From NCBI GenBank assembly GCA_963751035.1, contig CAVVSW010000004.1:3142-67141 (forward strand): 64,000 bases of DNA. The letters are read 5' to 3'. Every line of letters begins with the position of its first letter. Within the stretch, counting starts at the first letter, position 1. This DNA is from an uncultured Actinomycetota bacterium (GTDB taxonomy: Bacteria; Actinomycetota; Actinomycetes; JACCUZ01). Both the position numbers and the translations under genes were made by a program. The notes beneath the pieces are model-generated. The model did not search any database. It was not told where the DNA came from and saw only the letters and a list, made by a program, of their open reading frames with translations. Positions 1 to 9,169 of the stretch are shown in pieces.

Positions 1-1
1 G

Positions 2-187
2 GCCGACCTCGACGACGCCCAGGCCGAAGCGGTCGAGGCCCTCACCCGCGGCATCATCGGCAAGCTCCTGCACGACCCGTCCGTCGTCCTCAAGGACGCC
101 GCCGGGTCGAGCCGCGGCGAGCGCCTCGATGGCCGCCGCACGCGAGCTCTTCGCCCTCGAGGGCGACGAGCCGCACCGCCGCAGTAG
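2..187 (+). pseudogene. hemA: glutamyl-tRNA reductase, 3' end only (gene begins upstream of window); frame break near nt 130
   Basis: Frame 2 from nt 2 reads [43 protein letters not shown]. The expected continuation [14 protein letters not shown] is in frame 3 (ORF 129..), consistent with one extra G in gatGgccgcc. A frame-2 TAG at 185-187 abuts the hemC GTG at 187. Position directly upstream of hemC fits the usual hemA-hemC order. Confidence 0.6.
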
Positions 188-1096
188 TGCCCGGCGTCCG
201 GGTCGCCACCCGGGGGAGCCCGCTGGCCCGCTGGCAGGCCGAGCGCGTGGCCGAGCGATGCTGCGGGCGAACGACCCCGACCTGGAGGTCGAGCTGGTGC
301 TCGTGGAGACGCAGGGCGACCGACGCCTCGACGTGCCGATCTGGGAGCTGGGCGGCAAGGGCGTGTTCGCCAAGGAGGTGCAGGCGGCCGTGCTCGCCGG
401 CGACGCCGACCTGGCCGTGCACAGCGCCAAGGACCTGCCCTCGACCACGGTGCCCGGGCTCGTCCTGGCCTCGGTGCCCGAGCGGGGGGATCCGCGCGAC
501 GCGCTGGTCGGGTCCACGCTCGCCGACCTCCCGCAGGGCGCGGAGGTGGCCACGGGTTCGTTGCGCCGCCAAGTCGAGCTGCTCCGGCCACCGGCCCGAT
601 CTCCGCTTCGTGAGCCTGCGCGGCAACATGGCGACGCGCCTCGCCCAGGCCGCCGACCACGACGCCGTCGTGGTGGCGGCGGCGGCGCTCGACCGGCTCG
701 GCCTCGGCGACGCAGATCACCGAGCGGCTCGACGTCGCGACGATGCTCCCGCAGGTGGCGCAGGCGCGCCCTGGCGGTGGAGTGCCGGGCCGACGACGCC
801 GCGCTGCGTCCTCCTGGCCGCCATCGAGGACCCGCGGCGCGGCGCTGCGTCGACGCCGAGCGCGCCTTCCTCGCCGAGCTGGGCGGCGACTGCTCGCTTC
901 CCGCCGGCGCCCACGCCGTCGTCGAGGACGACGCCGTGCCCTCACCGCGCTCCTCGCGTCGGCCGACGGCGCGACGCACCTCCGCGGCGAGCGCACCGGC
1001 CCGTCCGCATCGACCGGGACCGAGCTCGCCGCCGAGCTGCTCGATGCCGGCGGCCGCGCCCTGCTCGCCCCGGGCGCTGAACCGGCGCCTCGCTAG
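187..1096 (+). pseudogene. hemC: porphobilinogen deaminase, reading frame broken at least 7 times (sequencing indels or pseudogene)
   Basis: The HemC sequence is split over all three plus frames. f1: [20 protein letters not shown] (187-255). f3: [61 protein letters not shown]...[10 protein letters not shown] (about 258-590). f1: [38 protein letters not shown] (about 590-715). Then f2 [14 protein letters not shown], f3 [14 protein letters not shown], f1 LLAAIEDP, f3 [29 protein letters not shown], f2 [20 protein letters not shown]...[11 protein letters not shown] with stop at 1094-1096. Confidence 0.75.
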
Positions 1097-1106
1097 GCTC
1101 GCCGCC

Positions 1107-2570
1107 ATGACCGTGTACCTCGTGGGCGCCGGGCCCGGCGACCCCGGGCTCCTCACCGTGCGGGGCGACGAGGTGCTCCGCCGGGCCGACGTCGTGGTCT
1201 ACGACCGGCTCTCGGTGGAGTCGTTGCTCGCCCTGGCGCCGGCCGGCCGCCGAGCGCATCAGCGTGGGCAAGGCGCCCGGTCGGGTCACGATGGCCCAGG
1301 ACGACATCAACGCGCTCCTCGTCGAGAAGGGACGGCAGCACGAGACGGTGGTGCGGCTCAAGGGCGGCGACCCGTTCGTGTTCGCCCGCGGAGGTGAGGA
1401 GGCGGCGCGCGCTCATGGCCGCCGACGTCGCCTTCGAGGTCGTGCCCGGGATCACCTCGGCCATCGCCGTGCCCGCCTACGCCGGCATCCCCGTCACCCT
1501 GCGCCACTCGCAGCACGTCCTTCACCGTGGTGACCGGCCACGAGGACCCCGCCGTCGGCGAGGAGGGCTCGGTCGACTGGCGACGCCGTGGCCGGCGTCG
1601 GCGGCACGATCGTCGTGCTGATGGGCGTGGCCCGGCTGCGCGCCATCGCCGGGAGCTGCTGGCCGGCGGGCCTCGCCCCCGACACGCCGGCGGCGGCGGT
1701 GCGCTGGGGCACCCGGCCCGAGCAGACGGTCGTGCGCGCCACCTTGGCCACGCTGGCCGACCACGACGCTCGCGTCCCCGTCGGTGATCGTGGTGGGCGA
1801 GGTCGCCGCCGTCGACCTGGCCTGGTTCGAGCGGCGTCCGCTCTTCGGGCGCCGGGTCGTGGTCACCCGCACACGGGCGCAGGCATCCCAGCTGTCGGCC
1901 GGTCTGCGGGACCTCGGCGCGGAGGCCATCGAGGTGCCGCTGATCGAGACCCACGACCCTGCCGACGGTGGGGCCGCCCTGCGCGCCGCCGCCGAGCGGC
2001 TCGGCGACCTACGACTGGGTGGTGGTCACCTCGCCCAACGGCGCGAGCCCGCTTGCTCGCCGCCGTGCCCGACGCCCGCGGCCTTCGGCACCGCGAAGGT
2101 CGCGGCCATCGGACCCGGCACCGCCGCCGCGCTGGCCGCCGGCCGCATCCGGGCCGACCTCGTGCCCGAGCGCTTCGTCGCCGAGGCGCTGCTCGACGCG
2201 CTGCCCGACCGGCCCGGGTCGTGTGCTGCTCGCGCGCGCCGCGGTGGCGCGCGACGTGCTCCCCGACGGCCTGCGCGCCCGCGGCTGGGACGTCGACGTC
2301 GTCGAGGCGTACCGCACCCAGCCGACGGCCATCTCCGACGAGCAGCGCGCCGCGGTCGCGGATGCCGACGTCGTCACCTTCACCTCCTCGTCCACCGTCG
2401 ACGCGTTCGTCGACGCACTGGGCGTCGACGGCCACCCGCCGGTCGTGGCGTGCATCGGCCCCGTCACCGCCGCCACCGCTCGCGCCCACGGCCTCCCCGT
2501 CACCATCGAGGCGCCGGTCCACACCATCCCCGGTCTCCTCGACGCCCTCGTCACCTGGGGTGGCCGGTGA
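1107..2570 (+). pseudogene. cobA/hemD: fused uroporphyrinogen-III C-methyltransferase / uroporphyrinogen-III synthase, reading frame broken at least 10 times
   Basis: ATG at 1107. f3: [47 protein letters not shown]. f1: [47 protein letters not shown]. f2: [33 protein letters not shown]. f3: [18 protein letters not shown]. f1: AGVGGTIVVLMGVARLRAIAG...LAPDTPAAAVRWGTRPEQTVVRATLATLADHD. f2: VIVVGEVAAVDLAWFERRPLFGRRVVVTRTRAQASQLSAGLRDLGAEAIEVPLIETHDPADGG. f3: YDWVVVTSPNGA. f1: RLLAAVPDA. f2: FGTAKVAAIGPGTAAALAAGRIRADLVPERFVAEALLDALPDRPG. f3: RVLLARAAVARDVLPDGLRARGWDVDVVEAYRT...PVHTIPGLLDALVTWGGR with stop at 2568-2570. Confidence 0.75.
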
Positions 2571-3289
2571 CCCTCGACGCGGTGGTCTTCGACTTCGACG
2601 GCCTGATCATGGACAGCGAGTGGGTGATCTTCGAGTCGGCCCGTGCCGCCTTCGAGTCCCACGGCCACTCGCTGTCGGTCGAGGCGTGGAGCACGGTCGT
2701 CGGGATCAACGACGACCACGAGCCGAGGTGGTGGGAGCTGCTGTGCGACGGCGGCCGGCACCACCGGCTTCGCGCGCGCCGACTTCGATCTGGCCTACGA
2801 CTCGACGAGCCGCGCGAGGCGCTCAAGGCAGCCATGCTCGAGCTGCCGGCGCTGCCCGGCGTGGAGGTGCTCGTCGACAGCCTCACCGCCCAGGGCGTCC
2901 CGCTGGGCGTCGCCTCGTCGTCGTCCCGCGGCTGGCTGGAGCGGAACCTCGAGCGCCTCGGGCTGGTCCACCGCTTCGCCACCCTGGTCGGCGCCGATGT
3001 CGTCGGTGGGGTCGGAAAGCCGGCGCCCGACGTGTACCTGCGGGCCTGCGCCGACCTGGGCGCCGAGCCGGCGCGCAGCGTCGCCCTCGAGGACTCCGTC
3101 CACGGCGTCGCCGCGGCCAAGGCGGCCGGGATGCGCGCCGTCGCCGTGCCGAGCCACATCACGAGCACCCACGACATGGCGCAGGCCGATCTGGTCGTCG
3201 AGTCGCTCGAGCACCTCCACGTGGCCACGCTGGAGGAGCATCCTCGTCGCCGCAGTGATTGCCTTGCGCGCCCGCCACCGGACGGATGA
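2567..3289 (+). CDS. HAD-superfamily hydrolase (beta-phosphoglucomutase-like phosphatase)
   Basis: GTG at 2567 overlaps the upstream stop (GTGA). HAD motif I is DAVVFDFDGLIMDSE. Later motifs are GVASSSSRGW, VGKPAPDVYL and ALEDSVHGVAAAKAAGM. The Arg-rich stretch GRHHRLRARRLRSGLRLDEPR (about 2750-2815) reads better in frame 3 (AAGTTGFARADFDLAYDSTSRAR), so a compensating pair of indels is possible. Confidence 0.7.
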   Translation: MTLDAVVFDFDGLIMDSEWVIFESARAAFESHGHSLSVEAWSTVVGINDDHEPRWWELLCDGGRHHRLRARRLRSGLRLDEPREALKAAMLELPALPGVEVLVDSLTAQGVPLGVASSSSRGWLERNLERLGLVHRFATLVGADVVGGVGKPAPDVYLRACADLGAEPARSVALEDSVHGVAAAKAAGMRAVAVPSHITSTHDMAQADLVVESLEHLHVATLEEHPRRRSDCLARPPPDG

Positions 3290-3300
3290 TCGGCCGTCCG
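3279..3300 (+). terminator. GC hairpin spanning the HAD stop codon (candidate terminator, no U-tract)
   Basis: cggacgg-atgatcgg-ccgtccg: a perfect 7-bp stem with an 8-nt loop. The TGA at 3287-3289 sits in the loop. Confidence 0.3.
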
Positions 3301-3305
3301 AGCAG

Positions 3306-3326
3306 ATGGTACGCTAGGCGTACTAT
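3306..3326. promoter_or_regulatory. palindromic operator candidate upstream of the MarR gene
   Basis: Perfect 15-bp palindrome gtacgc-tag-gcgtac at 3309-3323. It extends to atggtacgc-tag-gcgtactat with one mismatch. It lies 24 bp upstream of the MarR GTG at 3350. Confidence 0.4.
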
Positions 3327-3349
3327 CTTCCTTCGGTGACGGGAGCCTG

Positions 3350-3787
3350 GTGTCTCGGCCCTCCTCGTTCGACGATGGTGACGTCGCTGCTCTCCGCCTG
3401 GTCGTGCTGCGGCTGTCCAGGCGGCTACGGAAGCATTCCGGGACCCAGGTCAGCCCTTCGCAGTTCTCAGCCCTGACCGTCTTGGAGCGCCACGGCTCGC
3501 TCCGACTGGGGGATCTCGCGCGGCGCGAGCAGATCAGCAAGTCCTCCGTCACCCGACTGGTAGCCAACCTTGAGGCCAAGGGCCTGGTGCAACGAGTTGG
3601 TGACGAGACGGACGGCCGGATCACCTACGTGGAACTGACCCCGGGAGGCCGCAGGCACCTGGCCGAGGCGACGAAGCGCGCCACGTCGTACCTGCGCCGG
3701 CAGCTCGAGGCACTGAGCCCGGCCGAACAGTCGACGTTGCTCGCTGCGCTGCCCGCGCTGGAGCGCATGCTGGTCACGAAGCCTTGA
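3350..3787 (+). CDS. MarR-family transcriptional regulator
   Basis: 145 aa. Winged-helix region FSALTVLERHGSLRLGDLARREQISKSSVTRLVANLEAKGLVQRVGDETDGRITYVELTPGG. RBS gggag 5-9 nt upstream of the GTG. The stop overlaps the next gene's TTG start. Confidence 0.9.
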   Translation: MSRPSSFDDGDVAALRLVVLRLSRRLRKHSGTQVSPSQFSALTVLERHGSLRLGDLARREQISKSSVTRLVANLEAKGLVQRVGDETDGRITYVELTPGGRRHLAEATKRATSYLRRQLEALSPAEQSTLLAALPALERMLVTKP

Positions 3788-5163
3788 GGCGCTACCTGCG
3801 AAGGACCTTTGAGTCTCTTCACAACGGGAACTACCGGCTCTTCTTCTTCGGCCAGGGCGTGTCCGTCATCGGCAACTGGATGCAGAAGATCGCCATGGTC
3901 TGGCTCGTTCTGGAGCTGACGGACTCCGGCACGCTCCTCGGTGTGACCGCTGGCCTGCAGCAGCTGCCCACGTTGCTCCTGACCCCATGGGGCGGCCTGC
4001 TCGCCGACCGCGTGGACCGCCGGAGGATCCTGCTGTGGACGCAGTCCGCCTCCGCTGTCCCCGCGCTGGCCCTGGGCATCCTCTCCGCCCTGGGAATCGT
4101 CACCGTCTGGCAGATCATGGCCCTTGCCCTGTTGCTCGGGACCGTGGAGGCCGTGGACAAACCTGCCCGCCACACGTTCGTGATGGACCTCGTGGGACCT
4201 GAACACCTGACCAACGCGATCGCGTTGAACAACACGCTGCAGAACTCCGGGAAGGTCATCGGCCCGGGGATCGCGGGAATCCTCATCAGCACGGTCGGGG
4301 TCTCCGCCACCTTTCTGCTGAACGCGCTCTCGTTCGCAGCCGTGGTGGTGGTCCTGTTGCGAATCCGGGTCGGCAAGCTCCATCGGCGAAGCTTGAGCAG
4401 CCCACAGCGGGGTCAGTTGCGGGAAGGGCTGCGGTACCTGCGCCGGACCCCTGAGCTCAAGGGACCGCTCGTCTTGATGGCGGTGACTGGCTTGCTCGCG
4501 TACGAGTGGACGGTCTCCCTCCCGCTCCTGGCACACGACACCTTCGGCGGCGACGCGAGCGTGGTCGGCCTGTTCTTCACCGCAATGGGAGCCGGAGCCA
4601 TCGTCGGTGGGCTCGCTGCAGCCGGCTGGCTCCGAGCCACGACGAACACCCTGATCGTTTGCGGGCTGGTCTTCTCCGGGGTCATGCTGGCGACGTCGCT
4701 GGCCCCCACCACCGCCATGGCGCTGGTGGCCCTCTTTTTCATGGGTGCGGTCAGCGTCAGTTTCCGGGCCCTGTCGTCATCACTGATCCAGCTCCGTTCC
4801 GATCCGGAGATGCGGGGGCGGATGATCGCCATTCTGATCGTGGCGATCGGCGGGACCACGCCGATAGGCGGCCCGCTGGTCGGCTGGCTGGCCGAGCAGT
4901 TCGGTGCCAGGACCGCCCTCGCAGTCGGTGCCGTCGGGACGGCAGTCTCGGCGGCGCTCACCTGGCTCTATCTGCGCCGTGCCAAGTCCCGATCCGCCGA
5001 GCTCGCGCACGAGCGATCAACGCCGCCCGCTTCGTCGGCCGCGGCCACGCCGACCAGGGACGAGGCCGAAGCGACCGCGTGGTTCCGTGAAGACCTCGGC
5101 ATCGACCCGGACGACCTCGCTGGAGTGCCAACGAAGGAATCGGTCCGCCGCGAGCACTCGTAG
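3784..5163 (+). CDS. MFS transporter (MFS_3 / EntS-like efflux type)
   Basis: 459 aa with about 12 hydrophobic segments. N-terminus: YRLFFFGQGVSVIGNWMQKIAMVWLVLELT...GGLLADRVDRRRIL. Translationally coupled to MarR (TTGA overlap). Confidence 0.9.
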   Translation: MRRYLRRTFESLHNGNYRLFFFGQGVSVIGNWMQKIAMVWLVLELTDSGTLLGVTAGLQQLPTLLLTPWGGLLADRVDRRRILLWTQSASAVPALALGILSALGIVTVWQIMALALLLGTVEAVDKPARHTFVMDLVGPEHLTNAIALNNTLQNSGKVIGPGIAGILISTVGVSATFLLNALSFAAVVVVLLRIRVGKLHRRSLSSPQRGQLREGLRYLRRTPELKGPLVLMAVTGLLAYEWTVSLPLLAHDTFGGDASVVGLFFTAMGAGAIVGGLAAAGWLRATTNTLIVCGLVFSGVMLATSLAPTTAMALVALFFMGAVSVSFRALSSSLIQLRSDPEMRGRMIAILIVAIGGTTPIGGPLVGWLAEQFGARTALAVGAVGTAVSAALTWLYLRRAKSRSAELAHERSTPPASSAAATPTRDEAEATAWFREDLGIDPDDLAGVPTKESVRREHS

Positions 5164-5165
5164 AG

Positions 5166-5933
5166 TCAGGGTCGCGGGAACGGTGCCGCACGCACCAGCG
5201 CATCCAGCATCGGCGACAGCGAAGCCATCTCGGCACTGGTCAGGCTGTCTGGCCCGGGGGGCAGGCAGCCGCCGGCATCCCTGCTGCGCGCGTCGATGGC
5301 CACCAGGTCGGGGCCGACCCGGCCGGCGTACCTGACCACGGACTCGGACGGCGAACCGTCGGCGTTCGTGCCGGTGAACCCGTACCTCACGACCTCGGTG
5401 CCGCCTGCCTGGAGCACGACGGTCCGGTAGGGCTGGACCGCGTAACCGGCCCCGCAGCGGCTCCGCCTGTCCTGTCGTGCGTCGGCGAGGAAGTCCTCGG
5501 CAGCGCCCCGCAGGCCCGCGGCCCCGGTTCCCTGGCCGGACGGTGCGGGTGACGAGGTGATCGCAAGGGCACCGGCAGCGCCGTCCGGCCGCGACACGCA
5601 GACGCGTTCGACCGCCCGGCTGTCGCAGGCGCTGAACGTCCACTCCCCCATGCCGAGGGGCTGCGGGTCGAGCCAGTCGAAGGCCGGCAGCGCCCCGGGG
5701 CTGGGGGAGACGGAAATCGGCTGGCTGGTGTAGCTCGGTGTGATCGTGGTGGACGGGGACGGTTCGGCTGTGGGCAGCCCCGGCGTCGCCGACGAGGCGC
5801 TCGACGACGACGCGGCAGCAGGGGTCGGGCGGGGACCGGCCTCCTCGTCCCCGCCCCCGCAGCCAGCCGCCGCCGCCGACAGCAGGAGAAGAACCGCCAG
5901 CACCCGTCGTACGTGCCCCCCGTGACAGCTCAT
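5166..5933 (-). CDS. hypothetical lipoprotein
   Basis: 255 aa. Signal peptide with lipobox RRVLAVLLLLSAAAAGC, followed by a Pro/Ser/Thr-rich linker. No recognisable catalytic motif. Confidence 0.65.
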   Translation of the reverse strand: MSCHGGHVRRVLAVLLLLSAAAAGCGGGDEEAGPRPTPAAASSSSASSATPGLPTAEPSPSTTITPSYTSQPISVSPSPGALPAFDWLDPQPLGMGEWTFSACDSRAVERVCVSRPDGAAGALAITSSPAPSGQGTGAAGLRGAAEDFLADARQDRRSRCGAGYAVQPYRTVVLQAGGTEVVRYGFTGTNADGSPSESVVRYAGRVGPDLVAIDARSRDAGGCLPPGPDSLTSAEMASLSPMLDALVRAAPFPRP

Positions 5934-6125
5934 GTGCCAACGCTAACCACGACACGGTCGGTGTCGCGGGCGATTTGAGACAGATGTCCAACCGTGACCG
6001 TCGCTGGCCCGAGTGGGCCATGTCGGAATAGTTCCGTCGGGGGATTATCCGGCGCGGCCGCCGCTTCTAGCATCCGGCGGGATCGTCCCGATTTCACCTT
6101 GGGACACGCTCATGGGGGGGTTGCC

Positions 6126-9100
6126 GTGCACGGTGTTCGCGCGAGTCTTGTCCGGTCCCGGCGTGGCCGCGGGCGTCTTGTCGTGGCGTTGACGGTCGCC
6201 GCCGCGATGGGCACGACCATGCTGTCGGGACTGCCTGCGGCGCAGGCGGCTGACCCCCCTGCCGCGGCCTTCGACTACTCGATGCCCAAGCGGTTCGGTC
6301 AGGACGAGAACGGCGACGGGAAGATCGACTACTTCACCGAGACGTCGGAGTCCCCGGTCGTCATCGGTGGGCAGGAGAAGCAGATCGCCCCTGCCAGCTG
6401 GCGGGTGAAGCTCGACGCGTGCGCCAGCACACCCGGCAGCTCCTACGCGTGGGCGGTGCTGGACCACCCCGACCCGGCGCACCCGCTCACCGTCGCCGGT
6501 GGCCCAGGATGCAACGACTTCACTCTCACTGTCCCCGAGGAGGGCACCTACCGGGTCGCCCTCGTCGCGACGAAGGACGGCGTCGCGAGCGCCCCGGTCG
6601 TCCAGGAGGTCGTGGTCCAGGACTGGCTCATCGTCAGCGTCGGCGACTCCTACGGCTCCGGCGAGGGTTCCCCCGACATCCCCGTCGACAACAGCTCCCT
6701 GGCGAACGCCGAAGCCAAGTGGAACGACGCCGGTGCCGCCTGGAACGAGGTCGCAACCACCCGGGCCAGCTACGCAGGCATCCAGGCGGCGATCGACTCG
6801 TGGGCAGCCCACACCGCGGAGGCCTCATACCGCTGCAACCCACTCGACTCGCGCGCCGACGCACTTCGATGTGCGGAGCTCACCGCTCTCATCGCTGCCG
6901 ACGCCATCTGGATCGTCGCGGAAGCGGTCAGCTTCGGTCTCGTGGCCGCGGGCGAGTTCGTCGAGGACGTGATCGCGGCCATCGGGGCCACCATCGCCGC
7001 CCTGATCGCCACCGCTGAGGCAGCGGTGCACGTCGCCCAGACCGTGACGGGTGCGCTGAGCGCCGGTTGGCAGAGCAAGCGGTGCCACCGTTCCGCCAAC
7101 TCCGGCTCGGCCCGCGCTGCCAAGCAGCTCGAGGACGCCGACCCGCACACGTCTGTGACGTTCCTGCACCTGTCCTGCAGCGGGGCCAGCGTCGTCTACG
7201 GCCTGCTCGGGCTGTACGAAGGCACCGAGAGCCTCGGCGTCGCGAACCCCGACTGCCCCACGTCGCCGACCCAGTGCGTCGACCCCCAGGTCAACGTGGC
7301 CAAGCAGCTGATCGGCGACCGAGAGGTCGACGCGGTTTATGTCTCCATCGGCGGCAACGACGCGCACTTCGCCGACCTGATCATCGCGTGCATCACGCAG
7401 AACAACTGCCAGGACCCGGGCAACTGGGTGGCTGACACGCGCGGCAACCTCGAGGCGGGGATCTGCGGCCCGTTGGCGGGGCTCTCCTTCGGGCTGGTCC
7501 AGCAGTCGCTGTGCCACGACCTGCTCCAGAACATCCCCGACTTCGCCGTCAGCGCTGCTGAGCTCTGGGAGGAGGGCAAGACCGGCGACGTCACCCCACC
7601 GATCGACCCGATGTTCGCCGGCCACCCCGTGCTCTACAACCAGCTGAACCAGGCCGTCGTCCAGCAACCCAACGACGCGGACGGCTGGCTGCTGCCGGCG
7701 GGCCGGTCCAACCGGCTGTTCCTCTCGGAGTACGTCGACGCCGTCCGCCACGACAGTGGCCGCTACTGCGACTGGGCGACCGACGGGCTGTCCACCATTC
7801 CGTTCTTCAGCAGCACCGAGGCCCAGTGGGTGAACGAGACGGTGTCCCCCCAGCTGAGCGGAAACATCCAGACCGCAACCACGACGCACGGCTGGAAGTT
7901 CGTCGGCGGGATCTTCAATGGCTTCACGAACCACGGCTACTGCGCCGACGACCACTACATGGTGCGACTCGAGGAGGCGTTCCTCACCGAGGCGTCGTAC
8001 AAGGGCATGGTGCACCCCAACACCAAGGGCTACACCGTCTACGGGAACCAGATCTTCGACGCCTGGAAGAGCGAGATGTACGCCGGCGGTGACCTGAGCC
8101 AGCCGCGCCGGCCCGACCAGAAGCCGTTCGCGGACGCCGGCGGGCCCTACACCCTGGTCGAGGGTGACAGCGTCGCCATGACGAACAACAGCCGAGACGG
8201 CGACCGCGACCCGATGACGTTCGCGTGGAGCGCTTCACCCGCGGGCCGGGTCACGTTCAACACTCCCTCGTCGCCGACCCCGACCCTGGTGGCCGTGGAC
8301 GAGGGTACGGGGACGGCGTCGGTCACCGTGAGCGACGCCGACGGCAGCCGCAGCGACTCAGCCGCGTTCACGGTGACCAACGCGGCGCCGCGGGTCACCT
8401 CGACCGGGCTGTCCGCCGACCCACTGCTCATCAACACCGCCATCGCGCCGCGTGCCACGTTCACCGACGCCGGGGTCAACGACGTCCACACCGCGGTGTG
8501 GGACTGGGGCGACGGCACCACGTCGTCCGGGGTCGTGACCGAGACCAACGGCTCGGGGAGCGCGCTCGGCTCGCACACCTACCGCGCGACCGGGATCTAC
8601 ACGGTCAAGGTCACTGTCGACGACGGGGACCCCGGTGGATCCACCACGGAGATCTTCGAGTACGTCGTCGTGTACGACCCGGAGGGTGGCTTCACCACTG
8701 GTGGCGGCTGGATCGAGTCACCCGCGGGCGCCTACACCCCGGGCGACAGCACCGATGCTGACATCACGGGTAAGGCGCAGTTCGCCTTCGTCTCGAAGTA
8801 CCTCAAGGGCGCCACCGCTCCCGAGGGCTCGACGTCGTTCAAGTTCAAGGCCGGCGAGCTCGAGTTCGACTCCTCGTCGTACCAGTGGTTGGTGATCTCC
8901 GGGACCAAGGCGCAGTACAAGGGGACCGGACGGGTCAACGGCGTGGGCGGCTACGGCTTCATGCTCTCGGCCGTGGACGGGGACGCGTCGAGCAGCCCGA
9001 CGGTCGACAAGTTCCGAATCAAGATCATCACGCCAGGAGGCAGTGTCCTCTACGACAACCAGGCCGGATCCGCCGATGACGCCACCGCCTCGACGGCCAT

Positions 9101-9140
9101 CGCGGGCGGCCAGATCAAGGTTCACTCCGGCAAGAAGTGA
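6126..9140 (+). CDS. secreted SGNH/GDSL-type hydrolase with large helical insertion, two PKD domains and a C-terminal beta domain
   Basis: The ORF is open from 5994; GTG 6126 precedes the signal peptide RLVVALTVAAAMGTTMLSGLPAAQA. SGNH blocks: VSVGDSYGSGEG (about 6631-6670), HLSCSGAS, SIGGNDAHF (about 7350) and MVHPNTKGY (about 8012). PKD signatures: ADAGGPYTLVEGDSV...DPMTFAWS and WDWGDGTTSSG...HTYRATGIYTVKVTVDDG. Confidence 0.8.
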   Translation: MHGVRASLVRSRRGRGRLVVALTVAAAMGTTMLSGLPAAQAADPPAAAFDYSMPKRFGQDENGDGKIDYFTETSESPVVIGGQEKQIAPASWRVKLDACASTPGSSYAWAVLDHPDPAHPLTVAGGPGCNDFTLTVPEEGTYRVALVATKDGVASAPVVQEVVVQDWLIVSVGDSYGSGEGSPDIPVDNSSLANAEAKWNDAGAAWNEVATTRASYAGIQAAIDSWAAHTAEASYRCNPLDSRADALRCAELTALIAADAIWIVAEAVSFGLVAAGEFVEDVIAAIGATIAALIATAEAAVHVAQTVTGALSAGWQSKRCHRSANSGSARAAKQLEDADPHTSVTFLHLSCSGASVVYGLLGLYEGTESLGVANPDCPTSPTQCVDPQVNVAKQLIGDREVDAVYVSIGGNDAHFADLIIACITQNNCQDPGNWVADTRGNLEAGICGPLAGLSFGLVQQSLCHDLLQNIPDFAVSAAELWEEGKTGDVTPPIDPMFAGHPVLYNQLNQAVVQQPNDADGWLLPAGRSNRLFLSEYVDAVRHDSGRYCDWATDGLSTIPFFSSTEAQWVNETVSPQLSGNIQTATTTHGWKFVGGIFNGFTNHGYCADDHYMVRLEEAFLTEASYKGMVHPNTKGYTVYGNQIFDAWKSEMYAGGDLSQPRRPDQKPFADAGGPYTLVEGDSVAMTNNSRDGDRDPMTFAWSASPAGRVTFNTPSSPTPTLVAVDEGTGTASVTVSDADGSRSDSAAFTVTNAAPRVTSTGLSADPLLINTAIAPRATFTDAGVNDVHTAVWDWGDGTTSSGVVTETNGSGSALGSHTYRATGIYTVKVTVDDGDPGGSTTEIFEYVVVYDPEGGFTTGGGWIESPAGAYTPGDSTDADITGKAQFAFVSKYLKGATAPEGSTSFKFKAGELEFDSSSYQWLVISGTKAQYKGTGRVNGVGGYGFMLSAVDGDASSSPTVDKFRIKIITPGGSVLYDNQAGSADDATASTAIAGGQIKVHSGKK

Positions 9141-9169
9141 CCAACGTCAGCCGGGACGGCCCTGGCCGA

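Noticed and set aside
1-2830. Programmed ribosomal frameshifting as the explanation for the hem-gene frame changes
   Set aside because: There are far too many events (about 20), in both directions, with no shared slippery heptamer or downstream structure. Compensating pairs a few codons apart point to indels.
5994-6125. Upstream extension of the SGNH/PKD ORF (track start 5994)
   Set aside because: The extra 44 codons precede the signal peptide and are Gly/Ser/Arg-rich. GTG 6126 places the basic n-region and hydrophobic core at the N-terminus, though the true start is not certain.
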